From positions 160,001 to 224,000 of the forward strand of contig CBDCCZ010000042.1 of assembly GCA_965215005.1 (NCBI GenBank): a stretch of DNA of 64,000 nucleotides. The letters are read 5' to 3'. Within the stretch, counting starts at the first letter, position 1. Every line of letters begins with the position of its first letter. The notes under the pieces were generated by a model that saw only the letters and a list, made by a program, of their open reading frames with translations, searched no databases and was not told the DNA's origin. This DNA is from Kofleriaceae bacterium (lineage in GTDB: Bacteria; Myxococcota_A; Polyangia; Haliangiales; Haliangiaceae). Positions 55,238 through 64,000 of this stretch are shown here, piece after piece. A program made the position numbers and the translations under genes.

Positions 55238-56328
55238 GAAAGATCTGCTTTGCGGTAGGAGCCGAGCACCTTGACCTGACAGTCCGGCGGAATCGCCGCG
55301 AGCACCGCGGCAATGGGCGGGTCATCGCGATGGCCCTCGAGGTCGAGGAAGAAGACGTATTCCCACGCCTGTCGCTTGGAGGGTCGACTCTCGATTTTGC
55401 TGAGGTTGACGCCGGCCTCGGAGATCGGCCGCAGCGCCTGATAGAGGTCGCCCGGACGGTTGCCGAGCACCAGCAGAAGCGAGGTTTTGTAATCGCCGGC
55501 GGCCGCTCGTGGCTCGTCGACGGCGGCGCCTATCACTAAAAAGCGCGTCGCGTTGCTAGCGGAATCTTGCACCGCGCGGCGCAACACGGAAAGGCCGTAC
55601 ATGCGTGCGGCCATCTCGCCGGCGATCGCGCCACCGGCGCCATCATCGCTAGCGCGGCGCGCGGCAGCGGCGGTGGAAGCGCACTCGATGATGCGCGCTG
55701 CGGGCAGGTTGGCGTGCAGCCACGCGCGGCACTGGGCGATGCCTTGCGGGTGCGAGTAGATGCGCTCGAGCTGCCCTTCGCGTACATCCGCTCGCGCAAG
55801 CAGACACTGCTCCACGGCAATCACGAGCTCCGCGCGAATCACCAGAGGCGTCTCGAGAAAAGTATCGAGAGTGTGGCTGACCACCCCTTCGGTGGAGTTC
55901 TCCACCGGCACCACGCCGAACTCCGCTTGGCCACGCTCGACCTCTTCGAACACCATGGCGATCGAGCCGCAGGGCACCGTTGGCGCCGAGGTGCCGAAGT
56001 GTCGCTTGACCGCCTGATGGGTAAACGTCGCTTCGGGGCCGAGATACGCGACGCGCACGCCCTTCTCGAGGCTGAGGCACGCACTGATCACTTCTTGGAA
56101 CACCGGACGAATCCCACTGGTGGGAAACGGTCCGGCATTGGCCTCTTGCAGGCGATCGATGATGGCGCGCTCGCGACTGGGCACGTAGAAACCACCCCCG
56201 CTCGATTGCTTACACGCGCCAACCGCTTCCACCAGGTGCGCACGGCGATTGAGCAGCGCCAACAGGGCATCGTCGACGGCGTCGATTTCCGCTCGCAAAG
56301 ACGCGAGCTTATCGTCGGCCGGGGCCAT
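55234..56328 (-). CDS. pheA: Chorismate mutase/prephenate dehydratase
   Basis: LRAEIDAVD, YLGPEATFT, PVENSTEG, SHPQ, NATRF, IESRPS. Confidence 0.96.
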   Translation of the reverse strand: MAPADDKLASLRAEIDAVDDALLALLNRRAHLVEAVGACKQSSGGGFYVPSRERAIIDRLQEANAGPFPTSGIRPVFQEVISACLSLEKGVRVAYLGPEATFTHQAVKRHFGTSAPTVPCGSIAMVFEEVERGQAEFGVVPVENSTEGVVSHTLDTFLETPLVIRAELVIAVEQCLLARADVREGQLERIYSHPQGIAQCRAWLHANLPAARIIECASTAAAARRASDDGAGGAIAGEMAARMYGLSVLRRAVQDSASNATRFLVIGAAVDEPRAAAGDYKTSLLLVLGNRPGDLYQALRPISEAGVNLSKIESRPSKRQAWEYVFFLDLEGHRDDPPIAAVLAAIPPDCQVKVLGSYRKADLS

Positions 56329-56400
56329 TGCCGGCAGACTCTACTATAGTTAGCCTCCAGCGCGTAACGCTCTGCGTGCTGCCACCCTCTATCGAAACAG

Positions 56401-58134
56401 ATGCCGCGTATACCACTGCCCTTCCATCGCCGCGTCGGTGCCCTCGCCACCGCCTTCGTGGTCTTGCTGATCCCCGCACTGGCCTGGGCCGGAGGCGACG
56501 GCGACTTCGCCGCCAGTCGCGACAAAGGCGTGCTCGGCCTCTATCTAGCGGCCTACGGCGCCGGCGTGATGACCGCGCTCACCCCGTGCGTCTACCCAAT
56601 GATCCCCATCGTCATTGGCGTGTTCGGCGCCCGCGACGATGGCACCTCGCGCGGCCGCGCCTTCGCCCTCGCCACTTCCTATGTAATGGGCATGGCGCTC
56701 CTCTACAGCGTCCTGGGCGTGTTGTTTGCCCTCGCCGGCAAGCAAGCCGGATCATTGCTCGCCAATCCGTGGGTGGTCCTGCCGATGGTCGCGATGTTCT
56801 TGGCGCTGGCGCTCTCGATGTTCGGCGCCTTCGAAATTCGCGTCCCAATGGCGCTGCAAAACCGGCTCAGTCACGTCGGCGGCCGCGGCTACGCCGGCGC
56901 GTTTGCCATGGGTTTGGTCGGCGGCGTGGTCGCGGCACCGTGCGTGGGGCCGTTTCTCGGCGGCCTGCTCTTCTACATCACCAAGACCCGCGACGTGGTG
57001 CTCGGCGGCAGCGCGCTGTTTGTCTACGCCCTCGGCATGGGGTTGCTGTTTTGGATCGTCGCGGTGTTCACCGGGTCGCTGCCACGTAGCGGCCGCTGGA
57101 TGGAGTGGATCAAGAGCATCGGCGGCATTGGTCTCTTGGTGGTCGCGCTGTACTTCCTGCGGCCCATCGTTCCCGCTCTCGAGAATGTCGTCGTCAAGGA
57201 CCTGCGTTTTCTTCTCGGAGCGCTGGGTTTGGTCGGCGCCGGCATCGCGCTCGGCGCGGTGCACCTCTCGTTCTACGATCGCTGGAGCATCAAGCTGCGC
57301 AAAGGCCTGGGCGTGGCGTTGGCCGTTACCGGCGCCGCCGGAGTTTGGTTTTGGACGCTCACGAGCGATCGCAAGCTCGACTGGGTGCACGATGAGGAGC
57401 TGGCGTTTGCGCAGGCGCGCGCCGATGGCAAAGCGGTGATGATCGATTTCGCCGCCGATTGGTGCTCGCCGTGCAAGAAGCTCGAGATCGTCTTCGCAAA
57501 ACCTGAGGTGTTCACGCTGCTCGAGGAGCGCTTCGTGCCGCTCAAGTACGATGTCTCAAACGGCACCGATGCGGATGAGGCGGCGCAAACCAAGTGGGCG
57601 GCAGAAACGTTGCCAGCGGTCATCTTCGTCGACGCCAGTGGCCGCGAGCTAGCCCGGGTCAAGGATCTGGTGGAAGCCGAGGAGATGGTCGCCGTCATCG
57701 AGCGCGCGCTGGCTATCGCCGAGGAGCTGCCCGCCGCGCCCCCCGCCGAAGAGCAGTCCGTGGCTCCTGCCGCGAGCGACGCGCGCGCGCTGCCCTGGGT
57801 TGAGCGCGATGCGCAGAGCGCCTTCGCTGCCGCCCGCGCGGCCGGCAAAGGAGTGATGGTCGACGTGTCGGCAGAATGGTGCGCCTCCTGCGAAGAGCTC
57901 GAGGCGACGTTTGCAGCGGCGCCGGTGTTCCAGCGGCTCCAGGCGCACTACGTGCCGGTCAAGATCGACGTCACGGCCGGCACCGCTGAGGACCAAGCGC
58001 TGCAGAGCGAGTATCAGGCCTCGACGCTGCCAACTGTCATCTTCTACGACGCCGACGGCAAGGAAGAGGGCCGGATCACTAAATACCTAGCCCCGGCCGA
58101 ATTTCTGGCCACCCTCGACTCCTTCGCCCGCTGA
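56401..58134 (+). CDS. DsbD/CcdA-like thiol:disulfide interchange protein with two thioredoxin domains
   Basis: LTPCVYPMIP, APCVGP, SGRWM; WCSPC and WCASC. Confidence 0.9.
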   Translation: MPRIPLPFHRRVGALATAFVVLLIPALAWAGGDGDFAASRDKGVLGLYLAAYGAGVMTALTPCVYPMIPIVIGVFGARDDGTSRGRAFALATSYVMGMALLYSVLGVLFALAGKQAGSLLANPWVVLPMVAMFLALALSMFGAFEIRVPMALQNRLSHVGGRGYAGAFAMGLVGGVVAAPCVGPFLGGLLFYITKTRDVVLGGSALFVYALGMGLLFWIVAVFTGSLPRSGRWMEWIKSIGGIGLLVVALYFLRPIVPALENVVVKDLRFLLGALGLVGAGIALGAVHLSFYDRWSIKLRKGLGVALAVTGAAGVWFWTLTSDRKLDWVHDEELAFAQARADGKAVMIDFAADWCSPCKKLEIVFAKPEVFTLLEERFVPLKYDVSNGTDADEAAQTKWAAETLPAVIFVDASGRELARVKDLVEAEEMVAVIERALAIAEELPAAPPAEEQSVAPAASDARALPWVERDAQSAFAAARAAGKGVMVDVSAEWCASCEELEATFAAAPVFQRLQAHYVPVKIDVTAGTAEDQALQSEYQASTLPTVIFYDADGKEEGRITKYLAPAEFLATLDSFAR

Positions 58135-58143
58135 TCCGCCTCG

Positions 58144-59127
58144 CTAGCGCACGGGCACGCCCAGATGCAAGATGCGCGAGCCGGCGCGAGCCGCTGGGTT
58201 GTTGCTCTTGCCAACGCACACCCCCGCCTGCGGCGCCACGTATTCACGCACCAGATCGCCCCAGACATTGCGCAAGCGGCCGATGACCTCGCCTTCGGCA
58301 ATCGATGCGGCCAGCTCGGGATAGACCTCGAGCACTCCGCCGCGGTCGGTGTAGAGCCAATACGAGCTGCCACATTCGATGCAGGGACGCGGCGCGTCCG
58401 CCTGTCGGCTGCTCACCATCTCGAGGTACTCGAGCACCCCTTGGATCCCCAGCTGCGCTTCCTGCACCAGCCCGTGCTGAAAGCGCTGAGGATCGCCAAC
58501 CTCCACGGTCACCGCGTGCACCCCCATCTCCGCCATGGCCGCGCGAAAGGTTCCGTCGCCGCCGGTGTTGTGCACGATGATCTGCGGACTGATCAGTCGG
58601 GCCAGCGCGGCAGTTTCGGAGCGGGTCATGTCGGCGCGCACGTACAGCGAGTTGACGCGCCCGAAGCTGGCGGTGTGCAGATCGATCAAGTAGTGGAAGT
58701 GCGACGCGATGCGCTGCAGGAACCGATGCGCGTACAGCTGGCCGCAGTTGCCGTCGGGCTTGCCGGGCATGATGCGATTGAGATCTTGGCCATCCTCGAA
58801 CGCACGCTGATGGTTGAGGTATCCCGGGATGTTCATGATCGGCACTGCCACCAGCGTGCCGCGTAGCAGCTGCTCGGCGTTGACCGACTCGATGAGCTCG
58901 TGGATCACCGAAATGCCGTTGAGCTCGTTGCCGTGGACCACGGCGGTGATGCCGACGATAGGCCCGGGTTTGGGTGCGCGCAGCACCAACACCGGAACCA
59001 GGGTCTCGTTACCGGTGGCGTTCTCGCTCATCACCACACGTACCCGATGCGCTCCAGGACCCAATGCTTGTAAATCGAGCGCAGAGACGATGGGCGGTCG
59101 AACGAACGGTTTCGGCGAGAGAGTCAA
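58144..59127 (-). CDS. Succinylglutamate desuccinylase/aspartoacylase family (M14-like) protein
   Basis: HGNELNG, DLNR..PG, IDLHTAS, TVEVG. Confidence 0.9.
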   Translation of the reverse strand: MTLSPKPFVRPPIVSALDLQALGPGAHRVRVVMSENATGNETLVPVLVLRAPKPGPIVGITAVVHGNELNGISVIHELIESVNAEQLLRGTLVAVPIMNIPGYLNHQRAFEDGQDLNRIMPGKPDGNCGQLYAHRFLQRIASHFHYLIDLHTASFGRVNSLYVRADMTRSETAALARLISPQIIVHNTGGDGTFRAAMAEMGVHAVTVEVGDPQRFQHGLVQEAQLGIQGVLEYLEMVSSRQADAPRPCIECGSSYWLYTDRGGVLEVYPELAASIAEGEVIGRLRNVWGDLVREYVAPQAGVCVGKSNNPAARAGSRILHLGVPVR

Positions 59128-59207
59128 TCGATGCCTCCTGCGACAGCGCGTTCGTCAGCTTGCAACTACACGCTTGCAGGAGCAACGCATCAAGTACGAC
59201 GCCGCGT

Positions 59208-59263
59208 GTCTCCCCAAGCGATTGTTGCTTTGCTAGCGGTTTGCCGACTCACGCCGCAAACCA
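59208..59263 (+). repeat. Partial copy of the dispersed repeat with a compensated hairpin
   Basis: 34 bp identical to 13567-13600, then stem GGTTTGC..GCAAACC in place of GGTTCAC..GTGAACC. Confidence 0.88.
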
Positions 59264-59459
59264 CGAGAGGCTCGGTTGTAGTGAGCGCGACAGCCACCGG
59301 GGGGTCGCCATCGTGGGTCGGCGGTGACCCGGGGTCGCTTTCGACCCATGGGCTGCTCGCGCACCTTTACGCACGAAAAACAGCTTCGTTTGCTCGCTCA
59401 CTCAAGAATTCGCGACTGTTTACCGAGTTTGGCCAATGGCGCCCCGCGGCCGCGATCGC

Positions 59460-59475
59460 TGGCCTGCATTTCGCA
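59460..59475 (+). promoter_or_regulatory. Putative sigma-54 promoter for fliA
   Basis: TGGCCTGCATTTCGCA, GG-N10-GC, followed by AGGAG RBS and ATG 59504. Confidence 0.45.
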
Positions 59476-59503
59476 CAAGAGGCTGGTCAAGGAGACGACG
59501 ACC

Positions 59504-60193
59504 ATGCCCGCACTCGCCAACGCTCAGCTCGACTCTCGCGACGACCTCATCGCTTCTCATCTCGATATGGCGCGACGCCTAGCGAGAAAGATGGCGCGTC
59601 GACTGCCGCGCAGCGTTCGCTTCGACGAGCTCGAGAGCGCCGCGCTCCTCGGGCTCACCGAAGCCGCCACGCGCTACGACGCGACCCGCGGCGAGCCGTT
59701 CGTCGCCTACGCCGCCAAACGCGTGCGCGGCGCGATTCTCGACGAGCTGCGCCGCTGCGACATCCTCACCCGGCGCGGCCGCGAAGGCGCCCGTCGGCTC
59801 GAAGAAGCGACCCGCACCGTCGAGCTGCGCGCCGGCCGACCGGCGACCACCGACGAGATTGCCAAGGAGATGGGCCTGAGCACCGATGAAGTCTCTCGTG
59901 CCCGTGCGCGGTTGTCGGCGCCGGCGCTGGTTCCCATCGAAGATGCCCGCGATCTGCCGCGCACCGAGGACAGCGACGCCCCCGACGAGCTGTGCATTCG
60001 CAGCCAAGAGAAAGCCGCGTTGGCCGATGCGCTCAAAAAGCTGCCCGAGCGCGACCTGATGGTGCTGTCGATGTACTTCCAAGACAGCTTGACCCTCAAG
60101 GAGATCGGCGACGTCCTCGGCGTCTCCGAGTCTCGCGCCTGCCAAATTCGCGGCCGCGCGCTGCGCGCCCTGCGCCGCCTGGTCATCGACTGA
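59504..60193 (+). CDS. fliA: FliA/WhiG family sigma factor (sigma-28)
   Basis: RVRGAILDELRRCD, LTLKEIGDVLGVSESRACQI. Confidence 0.9.
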   Translation: MPALANAQLDSRDDLIASHLDMARRLARKMARRLPRSVRFDELESAALLGLTEAATRYDATRGEPFVAYAAKRVRGAILDELRRCDILTRRGREGARRLEEATRTVELRAGRPATTDEIAKEMGLSTDEVSRARARLSAPALVPIEDARDLPRTEDSDAPDELCIRSQEKAALADALKKLPERDLMVLSMYFQDSLTLKEIGDVLGVSESRACQIRGRALRALRRLVID

Positions 60194-60299
60194 AACCCTC
60201 GCTCCTGCGCTATCGCACTGCTTGCGCATCGCGCTTACCAATCCGTCCATCAGCAACGCAAAGCGGCCTACGCCGACATGCCGCGCTATACTACCTGCC

Positions 60300-60575
60300 G
60301 TGCCTCAGCGACCCAGCACCTCCCATGCCTCTGCAGCGCGCCAGCAGCGCGTGGAGGAAATCAAGCGCCGAATCCGCGAGGGCCGCTATGAGATCGACTA
60401 CGACAGCCTCGCAGATAGGCTCCTAGCGGTTCACGGCGGAAGTCGTGAACCGCTGGAAAAACCACCATCGCTTGGGGAGACGCCGAAGGGGGCGCCTGAG
60501 CAGCAGAAGTCTGCCGCCCTTGCCCCGGCCGACGAGGGCGAAGCCAGCGGCGACGACGAGCGACCGCAGAGCTGA
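60300..60575 (+). CDS. flgM: FlgM-like anti-sigma-28 factor with repeat-derived C-terminal tail (start uncertain, 60222 or 60300)
   Basis: RQQRVEEIKRRIREGRYEIDYDSLADRLL matches the FlgM C-terminal motif; follows fliA. Confidence 0.78.
   Translation: MPQRPSTSHASAARQQRVEEIKRRIREGRYEIDYDSLADRLLAVHGGSREPLEKPPSLGETPKGAPEQQKSAALAPADEGEASGDDERPQS
60423..60527 (-). repeat. Inverted copy of the dispersed repeat, in frame in flgM
   Basis: Matches the reverse complement of about 13521-13625; perfect 11-bp stem AGCGGTTCACG/CGTGAACCGCT. Confidence 0.92.
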
Positions 60576-60588
60576 TACTCTGGCAGCC

Positions 60589-62112
60589 GTGCGGCTCGGC
60601 GAGATGTTGCTAGGCGATGGCGTCATCGATGCCGCTCAACTCAGCACGGCGCTTGCTCAACAAGCCACCGAAGGGGGCCGGCTCGGCACCAACCTCCTCG
60701 ACCTCGGATTCGTGACTGTCGACCAGCTCGCTGCCGCGCTCGCGCAGCAGCAAGGAGTGCCGGCGGCACTGCTGCGGCACCTCCAGCGCGCCGACCCGGT
60801 TCTCATCGAGTTGGTGCCGCGGGCTCTCGCAGAGCATCTAGCCGCCTATCCGGTGGCGTACTCGCTGGCCGGCGGGCAGCGGCGATTGGTCGTCTGCCTG
60901 CGGGATCCTAGCGCAGCGTCCGCCACCGCGATCGCTACTGCTACGGGCCTGCAGGTGGTGCCATGCGTCGCCGCAGAGGCCGTGATCTACGCGCTGCTCG
61001 AGCGCGGCTATGGCGCCCCGCGTCCGCCCCGCTTTCGCCGAGGGCAGCGCCAACCGGCCTCGTCGAGCGGGCGCGGGCATGCTTCCCAGCCCGCCCTCGA
61101 GCCGCCCGACCTCGAGCCGCTCGACCTCGAGCCGCTCGACCTCGAGATCGACTTCGACGCCGAAGAAACGCCGCCGCCGATGCTCATGCTGGTCGAGCTC
61201 GACGACGCTGCCGTGGAGCGCGACGACTCGCAGGTCGGCCCCGCGACAAGTCAGCAGCGCACCCGCCTCATCGACTACTTCGGCTCCCATGACCAACCCA
61301 CGCCACCGGTTGCGTCCACGCCAGAGCCACCGCCGGAGCGCATGACCTCTACAGCGGCAGCTCCGCCGCCGTCAACGCCGGCGCGTGCTGCGCCACCCAA
61401 CTCTCAAGCGGCTAGCGACCCGCCACCAGCGCCGGCGCCCGCTGCACCACCCTCGGCCCCAGCACGCGAAGACCTCGACGACGGCTGGGAGCTCGATGAC
61501 GAACGGCCCACGTGGGTTCGCGCCGCCGACCGCGCCGCGGACGAGGCCGACGAGGCCCGGGTCGCGCGAGATCCACACGCTCGAGCACGACCTCCCGCCG
61601 CGGCCATCGGCTTCCGCGAGACCTTGACGGCCATCGCCAATGCCGCCGATCGCAGCGGTATCGTCGATGCAGTCGTCGCGTTCATGCGCGAGCGATTTGC
61701 CGCCGCTCTCGTGCTCACCTGCAAAGATGGATTGGCGCTCGGTCATCGCGGCTTCGGCGGCGCCTTCGATGCGGTGTCAGTGGAATCGGTGGTGATTCCC
61801 ATGTCGATGACGTCGTGCTTTCGCGTCGCGCATGACCACGGCACGCTGCATCGCGGCCCCCCGAGCGCAACGATGTCTGCCGTGCAGCAGCGGTTCCTCA
61901 AGCTGTTTCCCGACCACCGCCCTGCCGAGGTCGTCGTGGCGCCGGTGCGAGTCGGCAATCGAGTCGTCTGTATGTTCTATGGCCACCCAGAAGCCGGAAC
62001 TCTCTTGAACGATGAGGTCGTTGCCGACCTCGCAGAGCTCGCCAACGCCACCGCGGAGGGTTTCGTGCGCCTCATACGCGAAGGCAAGCAGCGCCGCTCG
62101 CCGTCTACATAA
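60589..62112 (+). CDS. MshEN (GSPII_N) domain protein, FrgA-like, no ATPase
   Basis: Tandem RLGxxLLxxGxI/VxxxQLxxALxQQ motifs; Pro-rich linker; GAF-like C-terminus. Confidence 0.82.
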   Translation: MRLGEMLLGDGVIDAAQLSTALAQQATEGGRLGTNLLDLGFVTVDQLAAALAQQQGVPAALLRHLQRADPVLIELVPRALAEHLAAYPVAYSLAGGQRRLVVCLRDPSAASATAIATATGLQVVPCVAAEAVIYALLERGYGAPRPPRFRRGQRQPASSSGRGHASQPALEPPDLEPLDLEPLDLEIDFDAEETPPPMLMLVELDDAAVERDDSQVGPATSQQRTRLIDYFGSHDQPTPPVASTPEPPPERMTSTAAAPPPSTPARAAPPNSQAASDPPPAPAPAAPPSAPAREDLDDGWELDDERPTWVRAADRAADEADEARVARDPHARARPPAAAIGFRETLTAIANAADRSGIVDAVVAFMRERFAAALVLTCKDGLALGHRGFGGAFDAVSVESVVIPMSMTSCFRVAHDHGTLHRGPPSATMSAVQQRFLKLFPDHRPAEVVVAPVRVGNRVVCMFYGHPEAGTLLNDEVVADLAELANATAEGFVRLIREGKQRRSPST

Positions 62113-62284
62113 GGCGCAGCGTCGCTAGCTGCCAGCCACGTCCATCGCACACGCGCATACGCGTCTGCTCAGAGATTTCCCCTTTTGGCTCATAGCCTTA
62201 ATGACAGTCCGTCGCTGCCACGTTACGATGTACGAACATCCAAGCCCCGCGAACGATGCGGTGATCATCTTGGTTGGAGCAACT

Positions 62285-63019
62285 ATGGGCTTGTTCGATA
62301 AGCGAGATCTCAAAAAGAAGGGCAAGGAAGGCGACGACTTCGATTCGCCAGTCGAGCGTATCGACTTGTCCTCCGCAATGCCTCCTAGCGAACCGCCAAC
62401 CGTCGCCTCTGGCGAGCTCGGCGCGGCCGCGAACGCAGACGGCCCCGCAGCGACCGCAGAGCCGAGCTATGCGCCGCCGAGCCCGCCGCCTGCCCACTCC
62501 GATGATGACTTCTTCGATGCCCCCGACTACGGCATCGACAAAGCCATCGAGCTCATGCGCACGCTGCCGCAGGACAACGTCGAGCTCGTGGTGCAGGTCG
62601 TCAAGATCACCCTCGAGTCGACCCGCGTCAAGATCGGCGACATCATCGAAGATGCGTCGCGTAAACAGACGCGCATCACCGACCGCATCAGCGTGCTCAG
62701 AAGCGAGATCGCCGAATTCGAAGCCGAGATCGCCACGCGCAAAGAAGAGATCACCGGTCTGGAAGCCGACATGAGCGAGACCAGCTCGGTCAAGGAACGC
62801 CTCGAAATGGCGGAAGGCTTGAGCAAGAGCGGTAGCTCGGGTCGCGCAGCCGGCACCTCGATGAACCCCACGAGCTCGAGCGCCTACGGCTCAAAGTCGG
62901 GTTCGGTATCGGGCACGCATGCGGTCAACCGGCCCATGGCCAGCTCCTCCAGCGCGAGCAGCACTGGCGGCTCGAGCGCCTTGGGCAGGCCCAAGACCAC
63001 CGTCGTCGTCAAGAAGTGA
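62285..63019 (+). CDS. Hypothetical coiled-coil protein
   Basis: GGAG RBS; YGIDKAIELMRTLP core, heptad-rich middle, Ser/Gly-rich tail. Confidence 0.78.
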   Translation: MGLFDKRDLKKKGKEGDDFDSPVERIDLSSAMPPSEPPTVASGELGAAANADGPAATAEPSYAPPSPPPAHSDDDFFDAPDYGIDKAIELMRTLPQDNVELVVQVVKITLESTRVKIGDIIEDASRKQTRITDRISVLRSEIAEFEAEIATRKEEITGLEADMSETSSVKERLEMAEGLSKSGSSGRAAGTSMNPTSSSAYGSKSGSVSGTHAVNRPMASSSSASSTGGSSALGRPKTTVVVKK

Positions 63020-63075
63020 CGGTGCTGCAGGCGATGCGGTTGGAAAGACGCTAGCGGTTGGAAAGACGTTGATCG

Positions 63076-64000
63076 ATGCTGCGCTACCACCTCGCCATCG
63101 TCTCGCGTGATAATCGCCTCAAGCGCGAGATCAAACGCGTCACGGCGGCTACCGGCTCGACCGCCGACTTCATCGGCGATGCCTCGGGCCTCGATCCCAA
63201 TCGGCCCGCAAATCTGGCCATCTACGACGCGCGCAGCGGCGAGCCCGACAAACAGTTTCTGAGCAAGCTGCCGCGCCACACGCCCATCGCGTACGTGCTG
63301 CAGAGCGAGCGGCTCATCGATCGCCTGGCGCTGTTTCGCGATGAGCGCGTCACCAGCCTGCTCTGTCACGACGCCGACTTCGATGACGACGAGTTCATCG
63401 CCAGCACTACCAAAGCCCTGCGCGGTGAGATCTTTGGGCTTCAGAAGTACTTCCCGTGGGGCGTCACCACCTATTCCATGGTGGTCAAGAGCTACGAGGA
63501 AAAGAGCAAGGCGATCGACATCCTGCTGCACTACGCCAAGCTCGCAGGGGTTCGCGGCCCGGTTCGCGACCGTATTCAGCTGGTTTCCGACGAGCTAATG
63601 ATGAACGCGCTGTATCACGCGCCGGTCGACGAGCAGGGAAAAGAGCGGTTTCGTGAGCGAACGCTCAAGGAGCTATCGCAGCTGCCCGAGGTTCCGCCAA
63701 TCGAGGTGCAATACGGCTGCTCGGGCCGCTACTTCGGGATCTCCGTGCGCGACGGCGGCGGCTCGCTCACGCGGCCGCGCGCGCTCGACTACCTGCTGCG
63801 CGCCAAGAGCGGCACGCACATCGAGAACAAAGCCACCGGCGCCGGGCTCGGGCTCATCAGTGTGCTCCGCTCGGTCTCAAAGCTGATCTTCAACCTCGAG
63901 CCGGGTCACTCTACCGAGGTCATCGCGCTCTTCGATCTCGAGCTCTTCGCCAAGGGACAGGTGGGCGCGCGCTCGCTGCACATGTTCCTGCAAGCCCCTG
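63076..64000 (+). CDS. HATPase_c (RsbW/anti-sigma-kinase-like) domain protein, runs off the window end
   Basis: Absent from the ORF track. Hand translation gives DELMMNALYHAP (N box), VRDGGGSL (G1), GAGLGL (G2). Confidence 0.85.
   Translation, partial: MLRYHLAIVSRDNRLKREIKRVTAATGSTADFIGDASGLDPNRPANLAIYDARSGEPDKQFLSKLPRHTPIAYVLQSERLIDRLALFRDERVTSLLCHDADFDDDEFIASTTKALRGEIFGLQKYFPWGVTTYSMVVKSYEEKSKAIDILLHYAKLAGVRGPVRDRIQLVSDELMMNALYHAPVDEQGKERFRERTLKELSQLPEVPPIEVQYGCSGRYFGISVRDGGGSLTRPRALDYLLRAKSGTHIENKATGAGLGLISVLRSVSKLIFNLEPGHSTEVIALFDLELFAKGQVGARSLHMFLQAP

Noticed and set aside
60253..60279. Possible sigma-28 promoter (GCCGACAT) before flgM
   Set aside because: No convincing -35 element at the right spacing.
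61097..61153. 15-bp tandem repeats encoding LEP(P/L)D
   Set aside because: Ordinary low-complexity linker in the MshEN protein.

Overview
High-GC bacterial chromosome segment. Gene content (romR-valS, MYXO-CTERM protein, PilZ, Ser/Thr kinase-TPR module, CarH) points to Myxococcota; this is an inference, not a database result. In order: a BlaI/M56 regulator pair with a TACA-N2-TGTA operator, a TonB-dependent receptor, a CarH-controlled carotenoid operon (crtY-crtE-crtI-crtB, an unknown His-motif membrane protein, GT2, carH, methyltransferase) with a clear 11-bp direct-repeat operator, many lipoprotein and hydrolase genes, lgt, valS, romR, a small HTH-PIN toxin-antitoxin islet, argS, a kinase-TPR-lipoprotein-MBOAT-SGNH block, modBC, pheA-hisC-lipoprotein-aroA, a DsbD-like gene, an orphan fliA-flgM pair and an MshEN protein. 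No rRNA, tRNA, CRISPR array or transposase was recognised. The most striking signal is a dispersed, palindromic ~120-150 bp repeat family with about 8 full or partial copies. Its hairpin shows compensatory substitutions, and it sits both between genes and in frame inside three unrelated proteins in both orientations, like Rickettsia palindromic elements. All alignments were done by eye.
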